Positions 7,723-16,826 are shown, numbered from the stretch's first letter. The stretch: DNA of 28,529 nucleotides from Candidatus Aenigmatarchaeota archaeon (GCA_049414645.1 JBMSAV010000113.1:1-28529); one strand, 5' to 3'. Numbers and translations are program-made. Notes: generated by a model not told the origin, from the letters alone.

Positions 7723-7737
7723 ATTATTAATGGAGGA

Positions 7738-8616
7738 TTAACTTTTTCCTTGAAGCCTCCTTAATTCTTCTTCAAGCTGTCTTACTTTTGTCGCCCAGTA
7801 GTTATACTCGGGTGTACCTTTTTGTAATGTTGATAAAGTAGCTTGTGCGTCTCTTAATTTTTTTGTTAGGTCTGCTATTTTTTCCATTTTAGTTTCAGTA
7901 ATAATTGTTTGAATCATTGCTGCTCCTGCCCAGAGTTTTTGTATTGCCCTAAAAACAATCATAAAGAAGAAATAATTGAAAAGTAAGATACCTAAACCGG
8001 CAAATCCGTACCCTAATAAGTCTATAAACAACGTAGCTAATAAAAATCTATAGGCAACTATTGCAGAAAGGAACGCCATCACATTTCTTACCCCTGTATG
8101 CGTTAAAAAGTCTGTAAATTCATAAAAAAGAGCAATGAGCATTGCAAGAGGGGCTATTAAACCGAATATAATAAAAATTGCTAAAGTTGATAGCTCCGTG
8201 CCTGAAGGCGCGTAACCGACAAAAATGCAAGAAAAGGTATAGACAACATTTTCATATGACAATCCTCCTGCAAAAGATGTTCCTTTACATTCGTTATACT
8301 CTACAACTTTACTACCTAAATATGGAATTAAGTATGCTATTTCGGCACCAAAAATACCAAGAATTACTACTATTAATCCTATTATACTACCATATTTTCT
8401 TATTTTCCAATTTACTTTTCCAATAATTATACTAAAAAAGATTATAGCTATTCCAATGATAAATAAGAATAACCACCATGCTCCAATCTGCTGTATCCAC
8501 GCAATTTTACTCTCAATTTTACTTTCAGTTTGAGCTATACCAGGAATAAAGAACAATATCGTAAGTAAGGTTAGAATAATTACTGTTTTTTTTGCATATG
8601 AAACATTCATAAACAT
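7738..8616 (-). CDS. polytopic membrane protein of unknown function with C-terminal coiled coil
   Basis: 292 aa with a signal-like N-terminus, about 6-7 hydrophobic segments and a heptad tail (KIADLTKKLRDAQ...VRQLEEELRRLQ). Confidence 0.75.
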   Translation of the reverse strand: MFMNVSYAKKTVIILTLLTILFFIPGIAQTESKIESKIAWIQQIGAWWLFLFIIGIAIIFFSIIIGKVNWKIRKYGSIIGLIVVILGIFGAEIAYLIPYLGSKVVEYNECKGTSFAGGLSYENVVYTFSCIFVGYAPSGTELSTLAIFIIFGLIAPLAMLIALFYEFTDFLTHTGVRNVMAFLSAIVAYRFLLATLFIDLLGYGFAGLGILLFNYFFFMIVFRAIQKLWAGAAMIQTIITETKMEKIADLTKKLRDAQATLSTLQKGTPEYNYWATKVRQLEEELRRLQGKS

Positions 8617-8673
8617 TATTGTTTTGTAACTTTTTAAACATTTAAAACTAACGATTAATAGTTATTAATTGTA

Positions 8674-8690
8674 CTGCTTCGGCAGGAGGT
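8674..8690 (+). promoter_or_regulatory. CTGC-TTCG-GCAG hairpin abutting the rpl1 Shine-Dalgarno GGAGGT
   Basis: c(UUCG)g tetraloop stem at 8674-8685, SD at 8685-8690, ATG at 8697. Confidence 0.45.
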
Positions 8691-8696
8691 CTTTGA

Positions 8697-9323
8697 ATGA
8701 CCGAAATATTGGAAGCAATAAAGAAAGCTAGAGAAGTTAGTAAAAAAAGGAATTTTGAGCAAACTTTTGATTTGATTGTTAATTTAAGAGCAATAGACAC
8801 AAGAAAACCAGAAAATAGAATTAATGAGATTGTTGAATTGCCATATGGCATTGGTAAGGAAGTTAAAGTCGTTGTTTTCTCCGATGAAATAAAAGAATTA
8901 GAAGGAGTGGAAATTATTGACTCTAAAGAAATTGAAGAGATAGCAAAAAACAAAAGATTAGCTAAGAAGTTAGCTAAAAATACTGATTTCTTCATTGCAG
9001 ATCCTAAACTAATGCCAATAGTTGCCAAAAACTTAGGAAAATTTTTAGCTCCAAGAGGGAAAACTCCAAGACCAATAGTTGGCGATGTTAAGAAAACGGT
9101 TGAAAACTTAAAGAAAAGTGTTAGAATAAGGATTAAAGATGCTCCAGTAATCCAATGTCCAGTTGGAACTGAGAGTATGAAAGATGAAGAAATTGAAGCA
9201 AACGTAATTAAAATTTTAAAGTTCTTAGAGGAAAGATTACCAAAAGGCAAAGCAAATATAAAGAACGTTATAATTAAATTAACGATGGGGAAGCCAGTTA
9301 AAGTTGAGGAGGTTAAAAAATGA
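8697..9323 (+). CDS. rpl1: 50S ribosomal protein uL1
   Basis: KRNFEQTFDLIVNL, LAPRGKTP, CPVGTESM and KLTMGKP motifs. Confidence 0.97.
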   Translation: MTEILEAIKKAREVSKKRNFEQTFDLIVNLRAIDTRKPENRINEIVELPYGIGKEVKVVVFSDEIKELEGVEIIDSKEIEEIAKNKRLAKKLAKNTDFFIADPKLMPIVAKNLGKFLAPRGKTPRPIVGDVKKTVENLKKSVRIRIKDAPVIQCPVGTESMKDEEIEANVIKILKFLEERLPKGKANIKNVIIKLTMGKPVKVEEVKK

Positions 9324-10078
9324 AGAAAGAAGAAAAAATTGCCCTGGCCGAAGAAATTTCAAAAGAAATGAAGAATTATAAAACTGTTGGATTGATTGAC
9401 TTGTATAAAATTCCTACTAAAGAATTTAAGGAAATTAGAAAAGCTTTAAGCGAATTTGCTAGGTTGAAAGTAATAAAGAAAAGTACATTGAAATTTGCTG
9501 CAGAAAAAGCAGGAGAAGAATTTAAAAAACTTATCGAATTAAATCCAAACCAATTTGCTATTTTGTTTTCAAACGAAGAACCATTCTCTCTTTTCAAGAA
9601 AATTTCCTCAATAACTTCTGAAACTTACGCTAAAGAAAACGATGTTGCTGAAGAAGATATTTGGATTTATGCAGGTCCAACTCAAATTAAAGCTGGTCCT
9701 TCAATAAGCGAGTTTGCTAAATTAAAAATTCCTGCGGGAGTAGAAGCTGGTTTTATAGCTGTAAAGAAAGATACCCAGGTTGCTAAAAGAGGGGATAAAA
9801 TAAGTAAAGAATTAGCTTCTCTTTTAAGAAAGCTAAAAATTAAAGTAAAAAAGGTTAGGTTAAATGTTTTAGGTTTGTTTTATGACGGAGTTTTATACAC
9901 AAAAGATACATTGAATTTAATATTCGAATATCCGAAGTTATTAACCCAAGCTTATCAAAGTGCTTTGAATTTGAGTGTAAATATAGGATATCCAATGAAA
10001 GAAAACATAAATATCTTAATTTCAAAATGTTATTTGAACGCTAAAACGATAGAAAATTTGGTGGTGAAAAATGATTGA
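9320..10078 (+). CDS. rpl10: 50S ribosomal protein uL10/P0 (C-terminally short)
   Basis: [21 protein letters not shown] and [10 protein letters not shown] motifs; lies between rpl1 and rpl12. Confidence 0.93.
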   Translation: MKKEEKIALAEEISKEMKNYKTVGLIDLYKIPTKEFKEIRKALSEFARLKVIKKSTLKFAAEKAGEEFKKLIELNPNQFAILFSNEEPFSLFKKISSITSETYAKENDVAEEDIWIYAGPTQIKAGPSISEFAKLKIPAGVEAGFIAVKKDTQVAKRGDKISKELASLLRKLKIKVKKVRLNVLGLFYDGVLYTKDTLNLIFEYPKLLTQAYQSALNLSVNIGYPMKENINILISKCYLNAKTIENLVVKND

Positions 10079-10370
10079 AGTATATGCCGCATTAATGTTA
10101 CACGAAGCAAAGAAGGAGATAAACGAAGAAAACTTAAAAAAAATATTGGAAGCTACAGGTGCTCAAGTAGAAGAAGCAAAAATTAAAGCGTTAATAGCGG
10201 CTCTACAAGGGGTTAATATAGATGAAGCATTAAAACAAGCTGTAGCAATTCAAGTACAGCCAACAACAACAACTCAAGAAAAGAAAGAAGGAGAAAAAGG
10301 TGGGGAGGAAGAGGAAGCGAAGAAAAAAGCAGAAGAGGCAGTAGCAGGATTGAGTGCACTATTTGGATAA
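10071..10370 (+). CDS. rpl12: stalk protein P1 (archaeal L12)
   Basis: [18 protein letters not shown], acidic hinge and C-terminal AGLSALFG. Confidence 0.96.
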   Translation: MIEVYAALMLHEAKKEINEENLKKILEATGAQVEEAKIKALIAALQGVNIDEALKQAVAIQVQPTTTTQEKKEGEKGGEEEEAKKKAEEAVAGLSALFG

Positions 10371-10402
10371 ACTTCATTCTTTTAATTTTTAATGGTAATG
10401 AC

Positions 10403-11263
10403 ATGGATGAAGAAGCAATTAGAAAGCAAAAGGAAGCTTTTGAAAAGATGAAAATTGTCTTAGAATACGCCAAAGAACTGGTCAAACCAAATGCTAAAAT
10501 ATTGGAAATTGCTGAAGCGATAGAGAATAAGATTTTTGAAGTTGGAGCAAAACCAGCTTTTCCCGTAAACATAGGAATTAATGAAATTGCTGCACATTAT
10601 ACCCCTTCTATAGATGATCAAACTATTTTAAAAGAGGGTGATATGGTTAAAATAGATGTTGGCTTACATGTAGATGGTTATATAAGCGATAACGCTTTTA
10701 CAATTCTAGTTGGAAAAAACTCACATCCAATGATAGAGACAGCAAAGAAAGCTGTCGAAGAAGCTAGGAAAATTTTAAGGGAAAACGTGAAGATAAGTGA
10801 GATTTCAGAAGTCATAGAAAATACTGTTACTTCTTCTGGCTTTAAAGTAGTTAAAAACTTAACTGGCCATTTTCTTGATAGATACGTTGTTCATGGTGTT
10901 TCCATACCTAATGTTAGAAACGAAATAGAAACGAAAATACCTAAAAATCAGGCTTTAGCTATAGAAGTATTTGTTACAAACGGTTCTGGATGGGTTAAAG
11001 AGGGTTCAGAAATTCAAATATTTCAGTTTAAAGAAGATAGAGGCTCGAGAATTAGAGAAGGCAAGAAGATAATTGAAATTGCTAAAAGCAAATTTGAAGG
11101 CTTACCTTTTGCTAAAAGATGGTTGAAAGATATACCAAGGGTCAAACTTGAGTTTGCTATAAGAGATTTGTTAGATAGAGGATGTTTGATTGATTATCCG
11201 GTTTTAAAAGAAGAGAGCAACAGTCTAGTTGCCCAATGGGAAGAAAGTTTTATTGTTGAATAG
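10403..11263 (+). CDS. map: methionine aminopeptidase type II
   Basis: AFPVNIGINEIAAHYTP, KIDVGLHVDGYISD, NLTGH, AIE and VAQWE motifs. Confidence 0.95.
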   Translation: MDEEAIRKQKEAFEKMKIVLEYAKELVKPNAKILEIAEAIENKIFEVGAKPAFPVNIGINEIAAHYTPSIDDQTILKEGDMVKIDVGLHVDGYISDNAFTILVGKNSHPMIETAKKAVEEARKILRENVKISEISEVIENTVTSSGFKVVKNLTGHFLDRYVVHGVSIPNVRNEIETKIPKNQALAIEVFVTNGSGWVKEGSEIQIFQFKEDRGSRIREGKKIIEIAKSKFEGLPFAKRWLKDIPRVKLEFAIRDLLDRGCLIDYPVLKEESNSLVAQWEESFIVE

Positions 11264-11408
11264 ATTTATTACCGTTAGCAAAGCTTATTATTGGCTTGGC
11301 AATCAAATAGCCACAATAAACGCATCTTCCTTCGTTAACTAAAACAACTTTTTTAGTAATTAATCTTTCACATCTTGGACATTTAATTTTTGTATTAACA
11401 ATAGGCAT
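11250..11408 (-). CDS. 52-aa CxxC-x15-CxxC zinc-finger protein (eS27-like spacing), not in ORF track
   Basis: MPIVNTKIKCPRCERLITKKVVLVNEGRCVYCGYLIAKPIISFANGNKSIQQ. Confidence 0.6.
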   Translation of the reverse strand: MPIVNTKIKCPRCERLITKKVVLVNEGRCVYCGYLIAKPIISFANGNKSIQQ

Positions 11409-11470
11409 ATTTTCGCTAGTAATGGAAAATTAAAAAAGACTTCTTTTCTTTAAAATATATAAAGTAGAAT

Positions 11471-11785
11471 TTACTTTAGTCCTTTAGCCCATTGAAAATA
11501 TTCTTCATTTATTTTAACGTCGAAAATACCAATAAAAGGAATTTTATAGGGATGTAACTTCTTGACGAGCTTCTCGAGCTTTCCAATATTCTTCTTCAAC
11601 GCTTTTGCGATTAAAACAAATTCTTTGGATTTTTCTATCTTTCCTTCCCACCAATAAAAACTTTTTATAGGAAAAATGTTGCAACAAACAATTATTCTTT
11701 TCTCCAAAAGTTCTTTTGCTATTCTATATGCATCTTTCTTAGAAGGAAACGTAATGTATGCAATACAAAATTTTCTCATAAGCAT
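11471..11785 (-). CDS. cutA: divalent-cation tolerance protein CutA
   Basis: CCNIFPIKSFYWWEGKIE, LHPYKIP and YFQW motifs. Confidence 0.92.
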   Translation of the reverse strand: MLMRKFCIAYITFPSKKDAYRIAKELLEKRIIVCCNIFPIKSFYWWEGKIEKSKEFVLIAKALKKNIGKLEKLVKKLHPYKIPFIGIFDVKINEEYFQWAKGLK

Positions 11786-11808
11786 TTTTGAAAAATAAAA
11801 ATAAAAAA

Positions 11809-11920
11809 TCCCGCCCCAGGGACTCGAACCCTGAACCTCCCGGTTTCGAGCACCTGCTTACAAGCCTCGCAAAAAGCAAGGCTCTACAGCCGGGCGCTCT
11901 GCCAGTTGAGCTAGGGCGGG
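11809..11920 (-). tRNA. tRNA-Tyr(GTA) with a 39-nt intron at 37/38 (11845-11883)
   Basis: C1-G72 acceptor CCCGCCC/GGGCGGG, A73, CCCGG/CCGGG anticodon stem, CT-GTA-G|A loop; 73 nt after intron removal. Confidence 0.92.
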
Positions 11921-11958
11921 TTAGAATAGAAATATTTATCAAAAAATAATTTAATTTT

Positions 11959-13326
11959 TCACTGTAAAATTTTCTTTCTTCCCTTCTCATCAAAATAATT
12001 AACTATTGTTTTTGGTAATTCTAAAGAGATAATCTCAACTAAAGATGAAGCTATATATCCTACAATAACTTCTTCATCTTTCTTTAACTCATCTATCTTC
12101 CAAACCAAATACCTCTTCTTACCAACCTTTTTTTCTTCAAATTCCAAACCGATATTAGATTCTATTTTTAACATAGGCAATACTTCTTCAATTATTTCAA
12201 CGTTTTTCATTAAAGACTTAGAGTTGTTTTTTACCTTTATATGAACTTTTAATTTTTTGTCTTCAATCTTAACAGTTTTAATTATAGAAGGTCGGAAGCT
12301 TCTTTTGAAAAAGTAAATTATAGCTAGAATTATTGCAACCAAACCCACCCATGTCTGCCAAAGAGAGATCTCATATTCTATAATAACACTCTCTCCTGGA
12401 GCCAAAGATTTTACTAACCATCTATAAACAGCAAAACCTCCTTCTATCTTTTGTTCAGAATACGGAACGTAAGCCTTAACAAAATCTTTCATGAAAATGG
12501 GAACTCTCTCTTCTATGTAAAATTGATCACTAAAAACATTTCCCTCATTCTTCACTCTCACAAAAACTTTTGCTGAAAGTAAAGAATATTTAACATCTTT
12601 TTGTGTATATTCTTGTGGCAACTTAACTATTGCCTTAACTTCAAACTTAGTTTTCCCCTCATCTATGTATTCTCCTTTTAAAGTTTCTAACCTAACAAAA
12701 ACATCATAAACTCCTGCTTCTTGATATTTATCTGCATTGAAAGTTTGAGAAACTTCTATTTTACTATTAGCCTCTATAAAATCTGTTATAACTTCTTTTC
12801 TAAATACTTCCTTGCCTTCTTTTGTAATAATAAACAAAAGTTTATAGTTAGGCGTTACTTCATTCTTTAGATTTTGGATCCCAACGTTTATTTTAGTACT
12901 TTCCAAAGGTAGAATACTATAGTTTGAAAGATTAACGTAAGAAATTACTACTGGAAACTTCCTTAAAACATAAATTACTATATTTTTTTCTATTGTTTGA
13001 TTTTTAGAAGAAATTGTTAAAGTAAATAGGTTTGGAGATATCTCCTTAGCATCTTTTGAAGCAAAAATATACAAAGTTATCTTAGTAGATTCATTAGGTA
13101 ATAATTCAACAAACTTAGGATAAACATCTATAAGAACCTTTCTCTCAGCAAAATACGCAATTGGTCCACTTAAGAAAATTGTATAAGCCTCTTTTTCATT
13201 TGCGGCATTTATTAAAGTGAAATTTATTGTCTTAGATTCTCCAGCATAAACAGTTATGCTTTCTGTTTGACCTAAAGAAAATTTCAATAAAGAAATAAAT
13301 ATTAATAAAGCAAAAAACCACTTCAT
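11959..13326 (-). CDS. bitopic membrane protein with extracellular and cytoplasmic Ig-like domains (CARDB/DUF11-like)
   Basis: N-terminal signal peptide, beta-rich repeats (INFTLIN, VKNEGN), TM WVGLVAIILAIIYFF, and C-terminal KVHIKVKN...W.I..L...E..I.Y domain. Confidence 0.65.
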   Translation of the reverse strand: MKWFFALLIFISLLKFSLGQTESITVYAGESKTINFTLINAANEKEAYTIFLSGPIAYFAERKVLIDVYPKFVELLPNESTKITLYIFASKDAKEISPNLFTLTISSKNQTIEKNIVIYVLRKFPVVISYVNLSNYSILPLESTKINVGIQNLKNEVTPNYKLLFIITKEGKEVFRKEVITDFIEANSKIEVSQTFNADKYQEAGVYDVFVRLETLKGEYIDEGKTKFEVKAIVKLPQEYTQKDVKYSLLSAKVFVRVKNEGNVFSDQFYIEERVPIFMKDFVKAYVPYSEQKIEGGFAVYRWLVKSLAPGESVIIEYEISLWQTWVGLVAIILAIIYFFKRSFRPSIIKTVKIEDKKLKVHIKVKNNSKSLMKNVEIIEEVLPMLKIESNIGLEFEEKKVGKKRYLVWKIDELKKDEEVIVGYIASSLVEIISLELPKTIVNYFDEKGRKKILQ

Positions 13327-13339
13327 TTTCTCACCATCC

Positions 13340-13951
13340 TTATTTTTGTTTTTTAGCTATAAATTCTCTAATCTTTTCAAAGCTTTCCATTATTAGTTCA
13401 TGTAAAGTTTTAAATTCGAAATCGAACTTCTTACCGTAAAATTCTACAAATGCGAATCTAGAATAATCAACTTCTTTTTTCTCGGGTTCCTCTGCAGGAT
13501 AGCCGACAGTTATTATTGCTATTGGCCTTATAAAATCAGGCAACCTTAAAATGTTTTTGACGTCTTCCTCATCAAAAGCACTAACCCAACATGCACCTAA
13601 TCCAATTGAAGTAGCTGCCAAAAGCATGTTTTCTATCGCTGCAGCACAATCAAGCAACGCATAAACTAATTCGCCTCTCTTTCCATATTTTAAACTTTGA
13701 ATCTCTAAGTCAGCAGCAACAACTATCAAAACTGGAGCCTCTTTAACATGATCTTGTTTTAGAGCAGCGTTATATAAAAGCTCTTTAGTTTTCTTATCTC
13801 TTACAACAATAAACCTCCATTCTTGTAAGTTGCCTGCAGAGGGTGCCTGAGCTGCAGCCCAAAGTAAAACTCCTATAAGCCTATCATCAACATCTTTATC
13901 TTGATACTTTCTTATGCTTCTTCTTTTTGCTATTGCTTCAAAGACATCCAT
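13340..13951 (-). CDS. nitroreductase family protein
   Basis: IAKRRSIRKY, APSAGNLQEWRFIVV, AIENMLLAATSIGLGACWV and TVGYP motifs. Confidence 0.95.
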   Translation of the reverse strand: MDVFEAIAKRRSIRKYQDKDVDDRLIGVLLWAAAQAPSAGNLQEWRFIVVRDKKTKELLYNAALKQDHVKEAPVLIVVAADLEIQSLKYGKRGELVYALLDCAAAIENMLLAATSIGLGACWVSAFDEEDVKNILRLPDFIRPIAIITVGYPAEEPEKKEVDYSRFAFVEFYGKKFDFEFKTLHELIMESFEKIREFIAKKQK

Positions 13952-13972
13952 ATTAGATTTTATTTAACGAAT

Positions 13973-14188
13973 TTATCCTTTTTTTTCTTTGTAAATCTCG
14001 CTTATTTTATAAGTAAGAACTGTTGGGGAGCTGAATCTTCCCAATGTTATCTTTATTGTTGTTATTCCGTGTTTAAAGCATTCATTTGGTGAAATAACTA
14101 AAGTATGACCTTTGTCTTCCAAACAAACACAATCTAAAAGCCATTCTGGGGAAATTTTTTTCTCTTGTTCTTTTCTAATTTCCTCCAT
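13973..14188 (-). CDS. hypothetical protein (71 aa)
   Basis: ATG-initiated ORF with typical composition, in tandem between the zinc-ribbon ORF and nitroreductase. Confidence 0.55.
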   Translation of the reverse strand: MEEIRKEQEKKISPEWLLDCVCLEDKGHTLVISPNECFKHGITTIKITLGRFSSPTVLTYKISEIYKEKKG

Positions 14189-14202
14189 TTCTTTAATTGA
14201 TT

Positions 14203-14367
14203 TTAATATTTTTTAGTAGCTCCGCATACAGGACAAACCCAGAACTCTTCTTTAAAATTGTTTTCTTCAATAACTTGTTTAATCATCTCTACCTCTTCAT
14301 GAGAATTCTTTCTACAAACCTCGCAAACCTTATACTTCCAGCTTCTATCGTAAAATATATGGCCCAT
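14203..14367 (-). CDS. 54-aa zinc-ribbon protein, not in ORF track
   Basis: MGHIFYDRSWKYKVCEVCRKNSHEEVEMIKQVIEENNFKEEFWVCPVCGATKKY; GGAG upstream of the ATG. Confidence 0.7.
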   Translation of the reverse strand: MGHIFYDRSWKYKVCEVCRKNSHEEVEMIKQVIEENNFKEEFWVCPVCGATKKY

Positions 14368-14451
14368 TTTCTTTTTCTCCGATATTGACTTTACAATTAT
14401 AAATAGAAGTTCAAGTTTTAAAGCTTTTACATTTCACAAGGAATAAAGTTT

Positions 14452-16152
14452 ATGGAATACAAGCTTCTTTGCGATTATTATGAAAGATTAGAGAAGGAAT
14501 CATCTAAGCTGGAAAAGACAAAAATTTTAGCAGAACTTTTTTCTAAATGTTCTTTAGAGGAATTAGAAAAAGTTGTCTTTCTAGTTCAAGGAATTGTTTA
14601 CCCAAAATATACTCAACTTGAATTAGGAATAGCTACTCAGCTAATGATAAAAGCGATGGCCAAAGCCTATGGTACTTCAGAAGAAAAGATAGAAGAAGAA
14701 TTTGCAAGGCTTGGAGATCTAGGATTAGTTGCTGAAAAGTTGTCGAAGAATAAAAAACAAGTTACACTAATTAAAAAAACTTTGAGTGTGGAAAAAGTTT
14801 TTGAAGAATTGAGAAAATTACCATTATTTTCGGGAGAAGGATCACAAGAGAGAAAAATACAAACGATTTACCATTTATTGCTTATGGCTGAACCTAAAGA
14901 AGCAAAATATGTCACAAGAACTATTCTTGGTGAATTAAGAATCGGAGTAGCGGAAGGATTGATAAGAGACGCTATAGTTGAGGCATTTCTACCAATTAAA
15001 ACTAAAGAAGAGAAAGAAAGGTCGGAAGAAGCCGTTGATTACGCTTGGAATATTCTTTCTGATTTTTCTTTAGTAGCAAAAATAGCTAAAGAAAAAGGAA
15101 TAGAAGGTTTAAAAAACGTTAAAATAGAGATAGGCAGACCTATACAAGTGATGCTTGGAGAAAAAGCAGAAAGTATAGAGGAAGTTGTTAGAGAGTTTGG
15201 TGAAGTAGCTGCCGAATGGAAGTATGATGGGATGAGAACGATAATAATGAAGAAAAACGATAAAATATGGTTATTTACTAGAAGACAAGAAGACGTTACA
15301 AAACAATTTCCTGATTTGGTAGAATTATGTAAAAAAGGAATTAAAGCAAATGAATGTGTTATAGAAGGGGAGGCTATTGCTGTAGACCCAAAAACTAATA
15401 TTCCTATGGCATTCCAAGTTCTTTCGCAAAGGATTCATAGGAAGTATGATATAGAAAAAATGATAGAAAAAATTCCAATTCAAATTCATTTGTTTGATAT
15501 AGTATATTTAAACGGAGAGATGTTAATTAATAAACCGCTTATTGAAAGAAGAAAAATATTAGAAAGTATTATAGAAGTTATTCCGGGAAAATTTGAACTA
15601 GCAAAGCAGCTAATAACTAAAGATGTAAAAAAAATAGAAGAATTTTATAATGAAGCGATAAATGCTAAGCAAGAAGGTTTAATGTTGAAAGTTTTGAATT
15701 CTCCTTATAGATTTGGGAGGCATGTCGGTGGCTGGTATAAAATAAAACCAACAATGGAGAATTTGGATTTAGTTATTGTAGGAGCTACATGGGGTGAAGG
15801 AGCTAGAGCGAATTGGTTAACTTCGTTTGAGCTTGCAGTTAGGGACCCTGATACTGGTAATTTCTTAAGATGCGGAATGATGTCAACTGGATTGACAGAA
15901 GAAGAATATGAAATGATGACAGAAATGTTAAAGCCGCTAATAATTCAAGAAAGAGGAAAAGAAGTTAAAGTTAGGCCTAAGATTGTTGTTGAAGTTAAAT
16001 ATCAAGAAATTCAAAAGTCGCCTAATTACGAATCTGGTTATGCATTAAGATTTCCAGCTTTTGTTAGACTAAGAGAAGATAAAGGGCCGGAAGAAGCAGA
16101 TACTATAGAAAGACTTGTAGAACTATATAAATCACAAGGCAAAGCTGGTTAA
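14452..16152 (+). CDS. lig: ATP-dependent DNA ligase
   Basis: Motif I EWKYDG, VIEGE, FDIVYLNG, EGLMLK, WYKIK, LDLVIVG and LRFPAFVRLR. Confidence 0.98.
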   Translation: MEYKLLCDYYERLEKESSKLEKTKILAELFSKCSLEELEKVVFLVQGIVYPKYTQLELGIATQLMIKAMAKAYGTSEEKIEEEFARLGDLGLVAEKLSKNKKQVTLIKKTLSVEKVFEELRKLPLFSGEGSQERKIQTIYHLLLMAEPKEAKYVTRTILGELRIGVAEGLIRDAIVEAFLPIKTKEEKERSEEAVDYAWNILSDFSLVAKIAKEKGIEGLKNVKIEIGRPIQVMLGEKAESIEEVVREFGEVAAEWKYDGMRTIIMKKNDKIWLFTRRQEDVTKQFPDLVELCKKGIKANECVIEGEAIAVDPKTNIPMAFQVLSQRIHRKYDIEKMIEKIPIQIHLFDIVYLNGEMLINKPLIERRKILESIIEVIPGKFELAKQLITKDVKKIEEFYNEAINAKQEGLMLKVLNSPYRFGRHVGGWYKIKPTMENLDLVIVGATWGEGARANWLTSFELAVRDPDTGNFLRCGMMSTGLTEEEYEMMTEMLKPLIIQERGKEVKVRPKIVVEVKYQEIQKSPNYESGYALRFPAFVRLREDKGPEEADTIERLVELYKSQGKAG

Positions 16153-16201
16153 GAAAATTTTATAGATAACTTTTTTAACTATTGTTTTTAAATAGGATTG
16201 T

Positions 16202-16627
16202 ATGGTAAGTATATTTGAAGTTCCGGCAGATAAGTTAATAGAAAGATTGAAAGAAGAGTTAAAGAAAATAGATACAATAAAACCTCCACTTTGGGCACAA
16301 ATAGTTAAAAGTGGACCTCATAGGGAAAGGCCTCCTCAACAGCCCGATTTCTGGTATATAAGGGCTGCATCAATTTTAAGAAGGATTTATATAGATGGTC
16401 CTGTTGGTGTTTCAAGACTTCGAACGTATTATGGTGGTAGGAAAAGAAGAGGTAGGAGGCCTGCAAAGAGTTATAAGGCTGGTGGATCGATAATAAGGAA
16501 AATATTGCAACAATTGGAAGCTGCAGGTTTTGTAAAAAAGGAGAAAAAAGGAAGAGTTTTAACACCTCAAGGGAGAAAGTTTTTAGATAGAATTATAGGT
16601 GAAGTAGGTGGAAATACTAGAAAATGA
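16202..16627 (+). CDS. rps19e: 30S ribosomal protein eS19
   Basis: PPLWAQIVKSG, WYIRAASILRRIY, YGGRKRRG and RKILQQLEAAG motifs. Confidence 0.97.
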   Translation: MVSIFEVPADKLIERLKEELKKIDTIKPPLWAQIVKSGPHRERPPQQPDFWYIRAASILRRIYIDGPVGVSRLRTYYGGRKRRGRRPAKSYKAGGSIIRKILQQLEAAGFVKKEKKGRVLTPQGRKFLDRIIGEVGGNTRK

Positions 16628-16826
16628 AGAGAAAAAGCAAATATTGAGGAAAATTATCTCACCGGAAGGAAGAGAAAGACTAGCAAGAGTTAGACTTGTT
16701 AAGCCAGAATTAGTATCTCAAATAGAAGATTATTTAATAAAACTCTATACAAGTGGGAAAATAAAGAAAGAACTAAGTGAAGATGAAATAATTAAACTGT
16801 TAAAGATTTTAAATTCAAAGAGCTAA
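16608..16826 (+). CDS. PDCD5/TFAR19-like DNA-binding protein (short form)
   Basis: ILRKIISPEGRERLARVRLVKPEL...LYTSGKI; follows rps19e. Confidence 0.88.
   Translation: MEILENEEKKQILRKIISPEGRERLARVRLVKPELVSQIEDYLIKLYTSGKIKKELSEDEIIKLLKILNSKS

Noticed and set aside
8648-9250. 200-aa antisense ORF and the other antisense or alternate-frame ORFs over core genes
   Set aside because: They lie opposite or within well-supported genes, and their Phe/Ser/Leu/Ile-rich composition is expected from the reverse complement of Lys/Glu-rich genes.
11739-11993. 84-aa minus-strand ORF
   Set aside because: It overlaps tRNA-Tyr completely and is a shadow of the GC-rich RNA gene.
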